The notes under the pieces were generated by a model. It was given only the letters and a program-made list of their open reading frames with translations, had not been told where the DNA came from and did no database searches. Shown here piece after piece: positions 60,501-64,000 of a stretch of DNA of 64,000 nt (its first letter is position 1; each line of letters starts with the position of its first letter). Origin of the DNA: Chara braunii (lineage: Eukaryota > Plantae > Charophyceae). Position numbers and translations under genes: made by a program. The stretch spans positions 3,805,139-3,869,138 of the forward strand of contig BFEA01000035.1 of NCBI GenBank assembly GCA_003427395.1. Reading direction: 5' to 3'.

Positions 60501-63500
60501 GATTGCTTGCTAAATTCTGTAACCCAATTTGATGGACATGCTGTGTGGAAGTTATGATTCTGCCAGCCCGGTAAGCTGGTCCGATCAGTTTTGTTGAAGT
60601 CACTCAATAAGCACCAGCAGTGGTAAAGTACGCCATAGCTCGACTAAATGAGTCTTGACTATCCACCAGTGGAATTAACAAAATCTCAACTCGATGATGT
60701 TCTAATCGTTGGTAACTTGGTAGGTTCACTGTTTGAGGCAAGATAAACGAGAGTGCTATAATGATTTCACTTTATTCTCTGATCGATGGGGGGGAAAATG
60801 GCTTCACTGAAGAGAATTGCTTACCTCCTTGCTAAGTTCCTCCTCAACGATGATTCATTGGTTCGGGTAAGACAATATTGACTTGTAAGTGATTTGAACT
60901 GACCAATCATACCACGCTGAGAAAAAAAGGGAGTGAACATGACTCATTCCTTCATGGTTACATAAGTGCATATACATACATGTATATGTTTGTACATATG
61001 AAAGCTTTCGTCAGTACAAAAATCAGAGTGGAAAGGGGGACAAGTACCAAGACTCCACTAGCTAGACAGACATGCTGCTATTGACAAATGGTTTGTAATT
61101 TCACGAAAGCCCTTTTCAGAACGAACCCCTACAATGTTCCTCATTATTAACAATCTTTGGGTCTTGTCACGTAAAGGGCACGGGTAACAAGTCGACCCGT
61201 CAGCATCCCGCACAGTACGTTGACAAAGATTGTTAGCAAAACCCCTGCGCTATGCATGAGTTGAGTGACAATCAAGATTCTCAAGTTGAATTCTAGTCAA
61301 GGTTGCGATTACTTCTGTCACCATATAATGACTGCACGTGACAGGGTTAAGTGACACTTTCAGCTTTCGCCGTGCTATGAGTGGGGAAAAGGACTATGAT
61401 CGGTATCATTCGTGGCATTACGAGATAAACCATCGCCAGTGTCAATCCGTTAACTTGGTCTAGGAAAACGGGTTCCCAGTAATTGCTCATACTCGCGGGA
61501 AATTAACTGAAGAATGCTCGTGTAACATTTTCATGTTTACTCTGCTTATTCGCTTGCTGCTCATTTGCCCAGTCCATTACCCAAGGCTCAACCCCGCTCA
61601 GCAATGTGCAAGGGCACACACAATTATGTTCAGTGGGGCTCAACAGTAAGAGTCTAATCAATAAGTTGCCTGCAACGAGGGACTGGCAATAGACCAACTA
61701 TATTGAAACAGTCACTGACGACAATTTGGGGTATGTTGAGGGAGTCTACCCCGAGGTTCAGAGGACTGAGGACGAATACCACCCTACTCTAATTTGCAGG
61801 GTCTAAGGGCGGATCGATTTAGGATGAGAGAAATGGTAGGTAAAGACCTACCCTCGGTCTCATGTACTCGTTACCGAGAGAAAGTGGAAGGTTGGGAAGA
61901 GAATACCATTGATAACGTTCAGGGTTGCATAAGACTAATGAGAAAACAGACACTGAGAATAGTAAAAGTCCATGAGCTCATTGAGTACGTCGTATACTTC
62001 TATGGTTTGATGAAAAATTACACAACACGTTCTCATCATTTGAGACTGTTGATCGAGCAAAAAGGAGTTGTCAGTGATTTGTAATGGGTCTATCATAGCG
62101 GTCGTAGCTCAGTTCTGCTTAATCCCCTTGTCTCGGCATCCCTCGGGAATCAGATGAGGGAGTGAGCACTCAGCGTCATCAAGGGACAAATTGCTAACTA
62201 AGTACCCAGTGCATTGTTAGAAATTGAGGAGAGAAGTAACAAGCACGACTCACCCCTATTTGAGACAGTTAAACAGGCCAAAGAGAGCGTCTGAAAGTCG
62301 GCAGTGAAAGTGTCATTCTTGTGAAAACGCAATTCAACCAATTCTCAATCAACAAGTACCCCTTCTTGACTCATAGTTTTCTCGGTGTTCTGACGCCCAG
62401 TGATCAATACTCAGCGGATTAGTGTCTCACTATCTAATTGGTGACAGTATTCAAACATCGTCCAAGCAGCATTCAAGCAACATTCAACCTGTTCTCGACA
62501 ATGTTCATTCTTCCAAGTTACACAGGATTACTACCCAGAGTCAAATGGTAATCAATTATTTTTTTGGTCTTGCTCTAAAGGTTAGTTCTGTTCAGACAAT
62601 TTTCCTACTCAGAGAAAATTGTGCCTGTTCCGACACTCAGCAACACATGAGTACAGTTCAGTCATTCCTCGTCGGTGAGTCAGTTTTAACCAGTCTCAAC
62701 AGGATCTTTTCTAAGGATGCCTTCCAATACCAATATGTCGGCGTCATTGGCTTCAGGCGAAGTGACCTGTTAGTCTATGTTGTCCTTACTAAGTTTGCAG
62801 GCGGAACCATTCACGACCTAGGACTCTATGTGAAAAAGGGGAAGGAGACTCATGAGCACTTCGATTCTGTTTGACTCGCAACGACAAGGTGTCTTGAGGA
62901 AAGGGAAGGAGAACTTGACGAGAGTGGTACGAAGCTGATCCGCAGCTTTGAGCCGAAGCTCTATAGAGAAATGCTAAGCCTCCGATTCCTTTTATTCTCA
63001 TTGACGGTTCTTACTAGAGTGACCTGGTGGAGCTGGCCAAGAGGTACATTTCACCTACAATGATCGATCATCAGGCAGTGACTGAACTATGGGACTTCCT
63101 GCATCTCAGACGAGGGGTTTTCTCTCGACCATATCTTCCCACACTCTGGGAGCAGTTTTGTGCTATGGTCGATTTCCGTATCATGGGATTTGGATGGAAG
63201 TGCTCGGAACTAGCAGGTTTCAGGTGGCTCTACATTCAGAGGCCACAACCTCAAAGAGTACGGAGATATGGTTTATGGCACAAGAAGCGCACAACAAAAT
63301 GAGAGATTGAGTATGAGATTTTGAGGGATGAGTGAGGACTCTCGACTGGTGCTGCCCATGCTTCCTACATGTGCACTTCCTGAGACTATTATGAGATATC
63401 ATTCTTCCCTTATTTAACTTTGTCATTGTCTGAGTCAATCAGTCTTGCTTCTTTGCTTTGCCTTGCTTGATGATTGTATTCTCTGATGATTCTGCCACAG

Positions 63501-63737
63501 TTCTCAAAATTAGTAGACTAGAAAATTGATGCATGCATGACACACCAACATTTTATGGTTATTATTTGTATGATTCTCTGTTGTTCCGAATCAAAATAAA
63601 AGATTCTTAAGACCAGGGACCGACAAAGACTGCAATTGAAGGGTCTCGCTCGAAGCCAGACGCACACAACAGGAAGGGATTTGCTGTAATTAATTTATTT
63701 TATGTATTTCAAACATCATCTAAAACCCTGCGTGATA
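57563..63737 (+). repeat. 3' LTR (about 6.2 kb if it starts at the PPT; 59505-63737 is confirmed by duplication)
   Basis: Right 4.2 kb is colinear with the 5' LTR and ends CCCTGCGTGATA. Left 1.9 kb is inferred from the PPT and terminal motif only. Confidence 0.75.
62647..63302 (+). pseudogene. 3' LTR copy of the accessory ORF
   Basis: MSTVQSFLVGESVL... Disabled at different positions from the 5' copy (for example TGG to TGA at 62872, plus a frameshift). Confidence 0.65.
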
Positions 63738-63979
63738 ACCTATTGGCTTTCTGGTCGCCTGAGGAGGCCCGACTAGAAAAAGTGCGACAAAAATGGTGCC
63801 GCCCAAATGGTAGCCTTGACTCATTTCAACGAACACATGGGTTGCTTACCATCTGGCCCTTGAATGGATACTGACATATCATGCTCACATACATAGTTTA
63901 CATCGTACAGACCACAGAACACTAGGACGAGCTTTAGAATGGTAATAAACACCACGGGTATTTGGGAGGGACAGAATAA

Positions 63980-64000
63980 GGGTCTCGTTAGACACTCCTA
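63980..64000. mobile_element. Left TIR of a second copy of the Harbinger-like MITE family
   Basis: GGGTCTCGTTAGACACTCCTA is 19/21 identical to 3100-3120 and is preceded by TAA. Confidence 0.7.

Larger units (their letters stand above)
39643..63737 (+). mobile_element. Giant Ty3/Gypsy LTR retrotransposon (at least 24 kb, no chromodomain seen) with accessory ORFs; 5' end deleted
   Basis: Direct repeats of about 4.2 kb at 39643-43874 and 59505-63737. gag-PR-RT-RH-INT order on the + strand. PPT at 57546-57562. Confidence 0.92.

Overview
This is eukaryotic, repeat-saturated nuclear DNA with three assembly gaps. I found no intact host gene, rRNA, tRNA or CRISPR array. It is a stack of decayed and nested transposable elements. 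(i) L1/Tx1-type LINEs: one near full-length on each strand (about 15.9-24.0 kb, +; about 25.1-32.2 kb, -), plus truncated copies. (ii) A decayed Ty3/Gypsy RT-RNaseH fragment at 32.9-36.6 kb, split by a DNA element. (iii) Several non-autonomous DNA elements with clear target-site duplications. (iv) A three-copy tandem array with a unit of about 1.18 kb. (v) A giant Ty3/Gypsy retrotransposon of at least 24 kb (39.6-63.7 kb) with LTRs of up to about 6.2 kb. The most striking observation is in this giant element. It carries a family of at least five diverged paralogous domains of about 70-90 aa that I cannot assign, sharing the motif F-x6-D-[ILV]-[RE]-x-Y followed by a (usually W-containing) helix. 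One copy is encoded inside each LTR and four lie in tandem between the 5' LTR and gag. The element also has an antisense ORF downstream of integrase and no tRNA primer-binding site. A second notable signal is a multi-stem RNA motif with compensatory changes at the 3' ends of otherwise diverged LINEs. The pol motifs resemble elements I recall from streptophyte algae (Chara-like), but the organism is an inference only.
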